Below, one piece after another: positions 37,150-50,001 of a stretch of 64,000 bases of DNA. Every line of letters starts with the position of its first letter. Positions within the stretch are counted from its first letter, which is position 1. A program made the translations under genes and the position numbers. The notes below the pieces were generated by a model. That model did no database searches and was not told the DNA's origin. It saw only the letters and a program-made list of their open reading frames with translations. The stretch spans positions 5,061 through 69,060 of the forward strand of contig JAAOMT010000481.1 in the NCBI GenBank assembly GCA_016748015.1, written 5' to 3'. Origin of the DNA: Geosiphon pyriformis uo1. Lineage: Eukaryota > Fungi > Glomeromycota.

Positions 37150-39330
37150 CACGTGACTAGTCATTCAGACCAATCAAGAACACACTGTGCTAAAACAATA
37201 TGAAGTGAAAATAATCCCAACTCACGAATTTTTTTAATAATACCATTCAGATTCCTAGAATCAAAAATAAACTCACTAAAAAATAATCTAGTAAATTCAA
37301 TACTACTCCTAATCTTAGCACCTGACATCTACCACAAAGCTATAACATGCTCAACAGTGTTTTCACTCAAAAGAGAAGGTTTGGTGGCTTGTATATCATC
37401 ATAATCCATGCCACCAAAGTCAACTTCAGATCTAAGACAAGCAATGTTCTTAGACACACCAACCATAAAACTGGCAAAATTATTAGAAGCATATTTCATA
37501 GAAAGGAGATCTTTTTCAATCTGAACAGCTTTAACAGCATTATTATCAAAAAGACAAGATACCAAGACAACCAAAGAGCCAACAGGCTTAACAATAGACT
37601 TTACCAAAGCAGCCAAATCCGAAATTTGCTTTTCCGAAAAAGTTCAATCTGAACCTAACAGCAGGATCAACAATAGCCACAGAAGAGGCAGAAGCCACCA
37701 AAGAAGGAAATTCAGACATAACAGAAGGAGCAGATGCCTTAGCATAAGACAAAGAACCAACAAAGCATGGTTTAAACATCTTGGGAGCCTTAAGAAAAGG
37801 AGATAAAGCAACTTTACAATCTACAACCAAGTGACCTGTTTCTTGACACCAAAAACAATGCTGACAATCAGGAGTCTTCCACCAAATACAGCACTTTCTA
37901 AGTATACCAGTTTTGACAACAGCAAGATCCAAATCAGCTTGGGAGCCAAACATAACCAGAGCAAAGCGGAAATGATGACCAGAATCAGAAAACTGAGGAA
38001 TGAAACAAAACTGGCCACCAACCTGAGAAATCATATCACTGATTTCAAAGACAGTACAACCAGAAGGAAGGTTGACCAACTTGGCCTTAAACTTATTATG
38101 AGACAAAATAGTCTCATTTTAATTTACCAGAGAGAGAATTCTAATACTATCCTTGTCCACCAAAACTGACCAATGATTCAAAGCAGATACAGCAGAGTCC
38201 AACTTTTTAAAATAAACTACCACATACTGCCAAACACCAGCAGGCTTTAGCACAACACAAGTAACACTACCAAACACACTGAGAGCTGTCTTAATGTCAG
38301 CAGCAGACATACCCAAGGGCATATCACACAGTACAACAGCAGCAAAAAGGGAACCAGACTCAGAAATTATTAAAGACTTGGCAATTTTGAGGGAGGCCAA
38401 ATGTACAGAGCTTGTAAGCTCAACCAAGAATACAGCTTTCAAAAACACTTGAGAAACAAACTCCACATAAAACAGCTTCACATTGTCTTTTAATACTGAT
38501 TTCGCACTCAAAAAACCATGTATTGACTGAAACACAGTCTTAACATAAGCCAATTTGATCTTAAAAGTAGCACCAGACACCAGAGTAGAGGCCACCTATC
38601 CAGCAAACTTTTGACGACTAGTAATAGTTTCCCAAGCATCACCAGAAGCAGTACTAGAAATTAGAAGAGAAGATGAATCAGTTTCTATTTGATTAGTCCA
38701 GTTCTCAAGAACAGGTGACTCAACAGAAGGAGATTGTTTTGCTTCCAGAACCAGCAAAGATCTGCCAGAAGACTCCACATTTGGCAACACAGCCAGTAAT
38801 TAATCTTGGCCTATCTTGAATGACATGCCAGATGATGCTCTGAAGATCTTATCTAAGATTTCATTGGAAACCACAAAGGAGTTTGGTGTAACAATAGCAA
38901 AGGCAAGTGACTGTCCCCACTTCTCTGAACTTTTGGTCTTTTTAACCATTTTTTTGAAGAGGTGGTATTAGCAACACCAAGTGTTGAATCTATAGAAGGA
39001 AAAACCAGCTTATTTACTGGTCTATTATTAAAAACTTTTGGGCTCTTGGTTGGGGTGGAGGCAACACTGGGACTAACCCAAGTGTGTTTCTTTGAGGGAA
39101 CTTTGACTGGTAAAAAACCAGCCAAAGATGAGGAAGTTGCTTCAATGGTCACCAAAAGCAGCTTATTACGATTACTGGGTAAGAAGAAAACTTCTAAAAC
39201 GTTTTGCCTAGTTGTTTCTACAACAGAGAAAGCTTCTCTGGTTGAAATTTTATTAGATATCTCAGAACAGATATCAGATGCAGCTTTTTTACTCTTTGCT
39301 TTGGTCGTGGTCATAAAATTAAGAAGACAA
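37150..39330 (-). mobile_element. Non-LTR retrotransposon (LINE) ORF1 region, relatively well preserved, ORF2 not seen
   Basis: Consecutive ORF pieces (39314-37329) broken by a few stops and frameshifts. They include RRM-like segments (VVLCDMPLGMSAADIKTALSVFGSV...WQYVVVYF; KAKLVNLPSGCT...FALVMFGS) and the CCHC zinc knuckle CFWCQETGHLVVDC. Confidence 0.8.
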
Positions 39331-39457
39331 AGAGTTTTTTTTTTTTAATTTTTATTTAATTAATTATAAAAAATCTTGCAAATAAATAGCTTTTTCGAAT
39401 ATTAAAAATAAAAAATATATTAAATAAATTAAAATTTACACTTTTTTTTAAATATAA

Positions 39458-39684
39458 TACATCAAAAAGTTTTAAAATTAATAAATAACTGGTTAAATAT
39501 TTATGTTACTGTTTTTATACTTTTTATTAATATGTTCATTTTTTAAAAATAAATAATTTGTTAATCAATATTATTAATATCTTATTATTCAACTTAAAAA
39601 AAATGAACATACTAATAAAAAGTATAAAAACAGAAACAAAAATATTAAACTTGTTATTCATTAATTTCAAAACTTTTTGATGTA
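39458..39684. mobile_element. Foldback MITE (~90-bp inverted arms, TA|CA...TG|TA ends)
   Basis: 39458-39546 'tacatcaaaaagttttaaaattaataaataactgg...atgttcatttttt' is the near-perfect reverse complement of 39595-39684. Confidence 0.75.
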
Positions 39685-41049
39685 GTTTTATAAATATTTA
39701 ATATATTTAATTAGTTATTATATTATACATATAATATATAAATTATATAACAAGATATTAATCATTTTCTATGATTGTATTTTTTAATAGTTACTATAAA
39801 TATACCAACCAAAAAATGTAATTATAAAGAAAGTTTACAATATAACTAAACATAAATTTAATTAAAATTAAACTATATTGAATTTACAAAAAAAACTTAA
39901 TTATAATTAAATTTTTACTATTAAAATACAAATTAAATAACTATATAATAAGTTTATTTGTATTTAATTTAATATTAAATGCTTAAAGCTTTCAAAAACT
40001 ATTATTTTAATAAACTTTTTTTATTAATAAAAAAATTTAAATTATTATTAAATATAGTATTATTTAGTAAATTATTTATATTATATTTCATCTTAAGATT
40101 AATAATTTTTTTACTTATATTATTAACAATTTTTTTAAAAATAATAACATTTTTTCAATTACAAATATTTTTATTTTAATTTTTTAAAAAAATATAACTA
40201 AGAAAACCAAAAAACCAATTGAATTTAATTTAATTAAGTTAAACTTTAAAGAAATCAACATAGAATTAATTACAAATTTACAACAAAAATAATAATTCAA
40301 AATTTAATACTTAAAACAACATTAATATTTAAACATTTTTTATTAAATACAACTTTATTTTTAATACCAGTTTAACAATAGTAAAATTTAAATTAATTTA
40401 TAAACCAAAAGTAAAAATAATATATTTTAATTATTAACAAAATTAAAAACCAATTTGCTAATTTTAAAAGCAGTATAATTAACAAAAATTTATTAACTTG
40501 TTTTTAAATATATTATAAAAAACAAAAATTTCAATATTATTTTTTATTATCAAAACTAATTTGCAAACAAAAATCGCTTTACCAGCTATAAAAGTTTTAA
40601 ATACATAATAACATATTGTTATTAGCCAGCAAACTTTAAATATTTTTCTAAAAATTTTACCAAAAATATGTAAATTAATAATTTTTAAAATATTTTTTTA
40701 TCTTTAATTAGTGGTATTTTTTAATCAAAGTTTTTTTAAAGAGATACATTAAGATTAATTTCAATATTGTTTTTATATTTTTAAGAATTTCAAAGTTTTT
40801 AATAATATGCTAGTTAATAAATTAATCTTTTATTGTTTTTATTTTTATTATTACTATTACTTTACAAATAGCCAAAAAAACTAAAAACTTCAAAAAACAA
40901 TAGCAGTTATTTATATTTACTATTGTTATATTAAACTTTTTTGTAGTTTTAGATAAAATTTTGAATAAAATTACTTTATTAGTATTTAATTTTTTTTCTA
41001 ATATAAATAATAACAACAATAATATATCTTTTAAAATAAATCAAAATTA

Positions 41050-41900
41050 ACTACTAATTATATTATTAAATATTATGTTTTTTAGCAGATTATTGTTAAT
41101 TTTTAAAGCAAAATAACTTATTAAATTATCTAATTTTAAAAATTAGACTGATCAAATAGAAACTAAATTGACATTTCTTTTTTTGTTTTTTGGTATTATT
41201 TCTGATAATATTTAAAAACAATTTTCAATTATTAAAAATTTTTTAAGTAAATAATCTCTATTTTAATGTTTAATAATATATTCAAAATTAAATTAAATTA
41301 CTGTCTGATTTTATTAAGCTTAAATTAATTTCAAAAAACAATGTTAAATTGTTTTGTATGGATTTTGCTTTTAAATTTTTTAATTGTTAATAATTTGTTT
41401 TTAATTATATTTAAGATTGTAAAATTTTTTGTAATATATTTTAATTTTTTTATTTTTGCTGTACTTTATAATATTTTTTTTGACATATCTTTTAATAACA
41501 TTAAAATGTTTTTGGTATTTTTGGTATTATTATTTTAGTTAAATTAAAGTTTGCTGATTTGTGATAATATGTTGTTCATTTTAAAAAAAAATTTTCTGTT
41601 GTTACTATTTTTAATAATTGATCTGTACTAGTTAAAAAAAATAGTGTTAAATTTTTTTCTTTGTTTAACCAAAAAAAGTTATTATCTCAAAAAATTTTTA
41701 AAATTAAATTGTTTAATCTTTTTTTTAGTTGTATTTTCTACTTGTTCTAATACTTATAAAGTTTTTTTTCAAATAATATAATATTAAAACAGTTTTTAGC
41801 TATTGTTAAAACACTGTTTTTAGTTTTAAATTAGAGTTTTTTCTATTTAAAGTTTTTTTAAGCAATTAATTAGAATTTATTTTAGTATAATTATTATTAT
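41050..41900 (+). mobile_element. Decayed copy of the same LINE ORF1
   Basis: SRLLLIFKAK*..NFKN*TDQIETK...KTIFNY*KFFK*IISILMFNNIFKIKL aligns with GRSLLVLEAKQ...LENWTNQIETD...ETITSRQKFAG*VASTLVSGATFKIKL of the 37150-39330 copy. Confidence 0.7.
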
Positions 41901-42249
41901 TATTATTATTAAAAATTCTAGAATTATAATAATAAATTAATAATAAGACTGTTTTTTCTTTATATTTTTTGTAAATATTCAAAAAAGCAAAAAACAATTT
42001 TTTTAAACTTTAAATCCTAACTTAAAACAACTAATTTTTTTGAAATACTAAAAATATTGTTCTTTTTGGTGTTTTTTAAAACACTATTTTTACTTTAAAA
42101 CTGTTTTTTTAATAAAAAATAAGACATTAACTTTATTCAATTTTTTGGTATTTACATTAATTTTATTGCAACTGTATTAATTTATATTGATTTTCAATCG
42201 GACTGTAAATAATATTTTTTTATTTATATAATAGCAGTAACAACATATT

Positions 42250-43100
42250 TGTCAAGATTGGTTCTAATTAGTTTATGACTAAATTGCTTAATACATTAAA
42301 TTTTTGTTAATTTTAATCAATTTTAGAAGCCAAACATATTATGTTTTTGTATAATACTTTAATAATTAATATATTAAATTTTTAAATTTTTAAAATTAGA
42401 CTAATCTAATAAAAATTAAAGTGCTTTTTCTGTTTTTAAGAATATTATCTCTGGTAATATTTAAAAATTACTATAAATTGGTTAAAGTTTTTTAATTAAA
42501 TGGCTTTTATTTTAGTGCTTAGTAAAACTATTAAGATTAAATTGGCTTATATTAAGATTATTTTCTAGTTTTTGTATAGTTTTTTGATTTAAAATTAACA
42601 GCAAAAAAAAAGTCAAACTTTTTTATATAAAATTTGTATTTTAAACTTTCTTAAATGCTGTTTTGCTGCTAAATTACTTTATTTTTGGTTTAAAAAATAA
42701 AAAAGTATTTATTAAATTAAATCTAAATAATCAATTATGTATTGTAAATAAACATAAGTCAAATCTATAGTGTATCATTTAAAAATAAAAACAATATAAA
42801 TTTTTGGTAAGATTACACTTAATTAAAACAAATAAATAATAATTATTATTATTGTTTTAAAAATTATTTTTAGAATTTTTAGAACCAAAGTATTTTGTTA
42901 TGAGATTTTCTACTTTAATAAAAAGCTTTTAAAACTATTAAAAATTAACAAGCAAATAAATTAAAACTAATTAAAACAATTCTCTAAGACTTAAATTATC
43001 AAATTTTTTATGATTAAAACTAGATAATAATTGGTTAAAAAACTTGGATTTTATATTAGTCTATAATAATTTTTTTAACAATTTAAAAATATATTGTATC
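42250..43100 (+). mobile_element. Further decayed copy of the LINE ORF1
   Basis: The reverse complement of 42480-42560 (cttaatataagccaatttaatcttaa...cactaaaataaaagccattt) aligns with 38539-38600 (cttaacataagccaatttgatcttaa...caccagagtagaggccacct). Confidence 0.6.
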
Positions 43101-43894
43101 ATTAAAAACAAAGAAATTATTAACAATATTTGGTACTTTTTCCGAAAATTAATATATTTAAGAAATTATACAAAATAACAACTACTTTCAAACAAAAACT
43201 TAAAGTATTATTAACAATTTTATATTTATTGCATATAAAAATTTAGAATTTTAAATAAAATTCTAATTATAAAATCCACTTTTTACAATTATCTTGAAAA
43301 CAAATTTAATTCTTAATTTAAAATCAATTTTAAAAATACATATCGAAAAAAATAGAAAGCAGTTCAAAATTTTATAAAAGTAACAACCAATACATGAAAA
43401 CTGACTGTTAAAAACCAAAAGCTAAATTAAATAAAACAATACTTGCAATTATTTTATTTTTAATATTAAATATTTAAAAAAAATAAAAAGTAAAAACCCA
43501 AAAAACTTAGAAAAAAGCTTAAAAAAAGTAAAAGTATAATTATTTTATACTATATTGCCAAAATTTTCGAATTTTCAAAAAAAATCTTTTAATTAGCTTT
43601 TAAAAATAGTTAAATAAAGTTACAAATGCCATTAAAGTTAATAGATAGAATTTAACCAAAGTCTTTAAAATAATTTTTTACTTTTTATAAAGAATAAACA
43701 GCTTTGTTTGATACTTAAGATGCTTTTTATAAATGGCAATAATTATATTACTTTCAAAATTGGTTTAAAAACATTGAATAACAAAAATCAAATTACATTT
43801 AATAAATACTTTTACTAATACTATTAAAACAAATTTACAATAAAATAATTAATCTTTTTTGTTTAGCAAAATCTTATAATACACAATTTATTTA

Positions 43895-44065
43895 GGGAAT
43901 TGCTAAATCGACCCACTCGCAACACGTGATATTAATATATATTTAATTTTTTATTATGCCTTAACTAATTTATAATTAAAAAACACTTCGTTAATATATA
44001 GTTGAATACGAAGCTATGACGTAAATAATATCACGTGTTGCGGGTGGGTCGATTTAGCAATTCCC
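43895..44065. mobile_element. Young 171-bp MITE with 40-bp TIRs and an 8-bp TSD
   Basis: TIR GGGAATTGCTAAATCGACCCAC(T/C)CGCAACACGTGATATTA at 43895-43934 and inverted at 44026-44065 (1 mismatch). It is flanked by TTTATTTA at 43887-43894 and 44066-44073. Confidence 0.95.
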
Positions 44066-45269
44066 TTTATTTATATTTATTTAGATTCAAATATTTAAAA
44101 ATAAAGCATTAAAATTTTTCAACCAATATTCTTAATAATTCAAATATTTTTTCTTTTAAATTTAAAACTAATAAATTTTAATAATACAGTAATATTGTAT
44201 TAAAAAACTAATATAATAATATATACTGAATGTAATAGTGTAAAAAAATGATTAAAATAAATTTAATTATTAAAATATTATTATTTATAATTAATAAAAC
44301 AACTAAGCCAAAATATTAATAAATTAGCTCAAAAAATTACTGTTGTAACAAATAGTAGAAAGAAAATTACAATTATAAAATTAATTAAAATTTTAATAAT
44401 AATTTTTTATAATAGTAAATATTACTTAAAAATAATTGTCTTTTAAAGTAAATATCAATTCAAATTTTTTATACAAAAACAATTTATAAAAATACAAAAT
44501 ATTTATAATATTTTTAATAAATATTTAAAAAATGTTTTCATATTTAAATTTGAAAAAAACCAATTATAAAAACATTTTTAAAATTATACTTATAAATAAA
44601 TAAAACAGAATATATATTTTTTAAGAATTTATTTTAAAAAAACTACATATATATCATATTGATTTCAAATACCAATTGGTAATAATTAATTTTATTCAAA
44701 TTATGTTTTAATAATAATTAAAAAAACCATAATTTAAAAAAATTATAAAATTTATACATATTATTATTTTAAAGCCAAAAATAAAATAATTAAATAATAA
44801 TATAATAAAAAACTAAAAAATTCAATTATAATAATAGTTTAATATAATATACATTAATTCAAAAAACATTATAAATTTTAAAAATTGGCTATTTTTCTGG
44901 TTTTTTGAATTTAATTAATAATCAATATAATATAATTACTATTTAAATATAATTATATATAACTAAAACTTAAGTATATTAATTATTAAAAATAGATTAA
45001 ACTTCTTAAATGTTTTAATTTAAGATTATAATAATTTTTAACAATTAAATATTATTAATAATTATAATTAAAACTTTTATTAAATAATAATTATTTTAAA
45101 TAAAAATTGTCTATTTTATTAGTGATTATAGTATAAATATTACATAATTAATTTATAATTTAATTAGTTTATAAATTGTTTGATAATAATACTATTTATT
45201 AAACTGTTGTTTAAAATAAGTTTAATAAATTAATTATTAATTTTAATATTAGTATATATATATGTAACT

Positions 45270-45870
45270 TTTACTTTTTAATTTTACTTCCTTACTTAAT
45301 CATAAGTAGTTATATATATTAGTTAATAATGTAATTAATTAGCCATTTTATTTTTTAAAAAAATTATTAATGTAATTTTAACTTAATAAATAATTTAATT
45401 ATTGATTTAATTATTAACTTGATTATTAACTTAATTATTAATTTGATCATTGATCGAATTATTAATATAATTACTAATTTGATTATTAATTTTTTTTAAA
45501 AGTATATATATATAACTTTTCAAAGCAATAGAAATTTATTTTTACTTAGATTAAATTTATCTAAAACAAAAATCAATTCAATAATATATACTTTTTTATT
45601 TCTTTTTACTATTTTTTTGATTTGTATATTTATTAGTTTTTGTGAATATATTGAATAAATATTTACTAAAAATACAATTGATACTTAATATTGAATTCTA
45701 AAAGCATTAACATAAGATACAAAATTATACTAATGTATTATTTTTTATTAATAGTATAAACTACTCTTTTATTTTCAGACTTTTTTGTTATCTTTTAGAA
45801 AGAATAGCAACTAAAATATTTATGAAACTGATCTTGTATATTAAATCTTTATTAATTCAATTCATTTATA
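45270..45870 (-). repeat. Dispersed repeat, inverted homologue of ~14030-14525
   Basis: Reverse-complement alignment as described for 14030-14525. Confidence 0.6.
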
Positions 45871-47229
45871 AAAGTTGAATTACATTTTTATTATTTTTTT
45901 AACTATATAATACTATTCTTCTTTGTAATTTATTAGGATATTATATCTAATTATAATATAAAAGTAGTATTTTCTGTAAAATTGGCAAGTTCTTAATCTA
46001 TTTATTATTATATAAATAATTACTTTTTTATCACAAAAAATTCAAGATTATATAATAGTTTATAATCAAAATAATTTAGTTTACATTAAACTTAATTTTT
46101 TTTATTCTGTTTTATTTGTTTTTTGTTAAAAAACAGTTTTATTAACAGTTCAAAATTTTTGAAATTAGTTTTTAATTAAGCATTTAGTCGAAACCTATTC
46201 AGTTTCTACTATTTACTTCTTTGATTAAGCATATTTTGAGAAAAAATTTGAAACAAGAAACAATTATATCAATTAATTAATATTTTCAGCTATTTTTAGG
46301 CAATATTTTCTTGAGTTTAAAGTTTTAAAATAATAAATTCATAATTTGAAAGGTTATTTTTTATTAACAATTAGTTTATGTTTTTTTTAAACAATTAATT
46401 TGTTTTATATAGATTTTAAATTCTGTATTTTTCTTTTTAAACTATTTTGCCTTATTTAATATTTAAATCAAAATTTTTTTATAATCTGAATAACTTTTTA
46501 AACATAAATTTGAATATATTAAATACATAATTTGCAACAAATATTTAAAAGTTTAAAACATTAATTCGTAAAAAATTTGTATTTACTATTATAATTTTTT
46601 TATTTTGATTATTTAAATATACATATTTTTAAACAATTAATATTATCATATTATGAATAATAAAATTATAACACTAAATAAATCTTTTTTATAGTTAATT
46701 GCTTAATTTTTTAATAGAAAATTCAAGTAGATAATTTTTAATTTTACTTGATTTTATGAATTTAATAAACAAACCTCTGATAATGTATAATTATTTTGAT
46801 TATCATATTTATTTCTAACTTTATTAACAATTTATAATTTATTAATTACACTATAAAAATATGTAGTAAACTCTAATTTGACTCTTAAATGCTTTATTTA
46901 TTTAAGACTATTTGCCTTTTTTATTTATACTATACTATTTGAAAGTTCAATGTTAAAATGAATAAAAATTAAACTTCATATCTAAAAACACCTTGAAAAA
47001 CTTCTTTATTGTACTTAATACAAACTATCAATATAACAAAAATATATCAAGTTTTAACATATATCCCTTCAAATATAAGCATTATAAAAAAGCAGTTAAA
47101 GAAATAATTGTTTAAAAAGATCAATATAGTAAGATATTAATATTTTTTGCAGTATGTTTTCGTGCAATTAATGTTTTGAAATTACTCTTTTTGAAAGTTT
47201 CTAGTATTGAATTAAGTAAATAGCATATC

Positions 47230-48030
47230 TTTTTAAACTCAGGAAGGCAACCACTTCATGATTTAAAATGTATCAAGTTTTTATGTTCACTTGAATATAT
47301 ATGTAAATTGTATGTAACGTGGTAGATAAACACCTATAATGATTTCAAGTAAGAATAAATATATATAATACATTTAACCTTTTCTGTTTCTATTAGGTTT
47401 ATTTCTAGTAGTTGAAATTGGAGCCAGAGTCAATCTAAAAAATAAAGATAGCTGAAATAGTATTTATCTGGATTTAATAAAAGGTTAAATTTATCAATCT
47501 TGGCTTTATAATACATTAATATTAATATTCATGTTATAATTAACTATAATTTCAAGGTCATCTAGCTCTTGTAAAATACTTTACATTACTCTAGCCAAAC
47601 ACTGTATTCACACAAAGTAATTCAGGCCGATTACCAAATACACATTGCTGCATTCTATTTTTTCTAGAATATTTCCCAAATTCTAATCTTTTTTGCTATA
47701 GTGCTGCATATTTGGATATTTTTTAATGCATTTGATAATTCTGGAATTAACCTTTTTCAAAATGCTACAATATTTGGGAAATTAACATCTTATTAAAATG
47801 CTTTAGAAACTTATAAAATTATTCTCCATACAAAGAATAAATTGGCAAGAACGGCGATATATTATTCTGTCATAACTATAAATGCAAGGGTTATCAAATT
47901 TTTATTAATAAACAAACAGAAAAGAAAAAAAAGTTGGAGGTTGATGTTGATACTAAAGATGCATTGTTGGTTAGCCAATATGAGCTTCAAAAAGATATTA
48001 GGGATAGTCATGGGAGAACAGCATTAGATG
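47230..48030 (+). pseudogene. Ankyrin-repeat protein pseudogene
   Basis: Ankyrin-like pieces SGRQPLH, VEIGARVNLKNKD, GHLALVKY, NAFDNSG, KNKLARTAIYYSV...VIKFLL and DIRDSHGRTALD, with intron-like gaps, stops and frameshifts. Confidence 0.65.
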
Positions 48031-49129
48031 TAAGTATAGTATGTAGAAATTCTAATCTTTTTGATATTTTTTTAATGGTTTGGCAGGGGATAATATTATT
48101 AGTCTTATTTCATTTCAAAATTTACGAGTCCAAATAAACTTTTAGATTTTATTTTATTCAATTAAAAAAAAATTCAGGAATGTAATTCTGACAATCGATC
48201 GCAGGCGAGAGCAGCATAAGGTCCAATTGCAAAAAAATAGTTTTTTCTGCTTGGGAAACTCATTTTTTATATCCTTTATGGAAATCTTATGTATTGAATC
48301 CGAAATTTTGCGATGAAAACTCACATTCAAACAAAAAGTACATTGAAATATTATATAAAAGTTTTGATAATTTGACTTTTATTATATTTATTTTAAAAAT
48401 AACATCAATGAATTAAATTTTAATTTCATTTAATATAATTCACAAATTTTTTCAACAATTATTTTCAAAAATAGACCAAAAAAATATTCTATTAAATTTT
48501 TAAAACTGTTAGGAATATTCTCAATATTTCCAAAGATTTTACAGAACTCCAATATCGTTATTCTTTCATTACCAAATTTGATTGTTGTTCAGTTTATTTA
48601 AAATACACCAACAATATGACTGTCTCTCACCAGACACAAATAGTAATAATTTATTTTTAATATTTAACCGTTCAAGTTTACTTGATTAGTTTCTTAAAGG
48701 TAATTATTTTAAATTGACAAGTTATTTTTTTTCCTAAAATTTAGAAACTCGCTCATCATTCTAACCATCATGATCATTCATTTCAAGAATTTTAAAAAAT
48801 GCAAAGGTTGACAGGAATGATTATATTGATTGGTTTATCATTATATATTATAGGTTTGTCTAGGTGCAAGAAGAAAAAAATTATTATATGTCATGCCATT
48901 AAAATATTTGGTATTTTAATTTGATAACAGGAAAATGAGTATAAAATATCAAAAAAATATTCTGTAAAGATAAAATCAACCTCTTTTTGCTCTTAATGAA
49001 CAAATGAGAGAGTTAAAAAATTGTTTAATTTTATAGTTAACTTTTCTGTAAGTAAATTATAACTATAAAGTATAAAGTATAAACAATTTAAAATTCCTTG
49101 TCCCTGTCTTTTTTTTCTAAAAATTTTCA

Positions 49130-49291
49130 CTTAAATTTGAACAACCATTGCTAAAACGAACAAGGAAGTTAATAGAAGAAAGGCCAGAGACCATTTTAAC
49201 ATAAATCTTTTCAAGAAAAATATATCTTTTGGTGCATTGGATAAAGCACAATGATTATTTTTTTCCGTCCAATTTTTTTTGCAACACACTG
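49130..49291 (+). mobile_element. Isolated Tc1-family terminus (same TIR family as 20398-20422)
   Basis: 'gtccaattttttttgcaacacactg|ta' (49267-49293) matches 'gtccagttttttttgcaacacactg|ta' (20398-20424). The upstream extent is uncertain. Confidence 0.7.
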
Positions 49292-49769
49292 TAGCTACTG
49301 AATTTTTTTTTATAGTTAAACTTGTGTAATCAATTTGTAGCGACATTTAATTTCTTAACATAGGGGAACAGCAGTATAAATAGGGACTCTGCCTTTAAGA
49401 AATTACTTACTTTCTAAAACGTACTATTAATAAAAGATTTAAAAAAGCTCTCTTCGAATTATAACCTATTCACATATAAAATTTTATTCAGAAATACATG
49501 ATTGCAACCTGTGTTCACCCTGTCAAGAGAGTATTATAAATAATAATTCTAATCGTTGAAGCTCATGCTGGTTCATATTTTTTGAAAAACTTTACCACGA
49601 CTTTTGAAGCAGCAATAAAGTAGTCAATGAAATAATTAAGAATCCAATCTATATTCCACCTAATCGATCTAATATTCATAAGGCTAATTTTCATTACTAT
49701 GAATGGATTCCATGGGAGCGTTTGTCGAATATCAACGAAATTGCTAGGGGAGGATTCAGTAGAATTATA

Positions 49770-49962
49770 AAGCAACCCTAATTGATGAATTAATTAATAA
49801 ATATATTATGAAAAATCATGGTTTCATAGAATATAAAAGATGGGGAGTAGAGGAGGAAGTAGCAATAAAAATTATGCCAACAAACAGTGAAGACGTGTTT
49901 AAAAAGGTAAACAAAAACTATTATTATTTTATATTTATATTTATTATTTTATGTATTATTAT

Positions 49963-50001
<39 letters not shown>

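Noticed and set aside
39979-41538. Short Ile/Leu/Phe/Lys/Asn-rich ORFs in AT-rich DNA (also 34107-34304, 21902-22123)
   Set aside because: They are compositional artefacts or eroded TE sequence, not genes.
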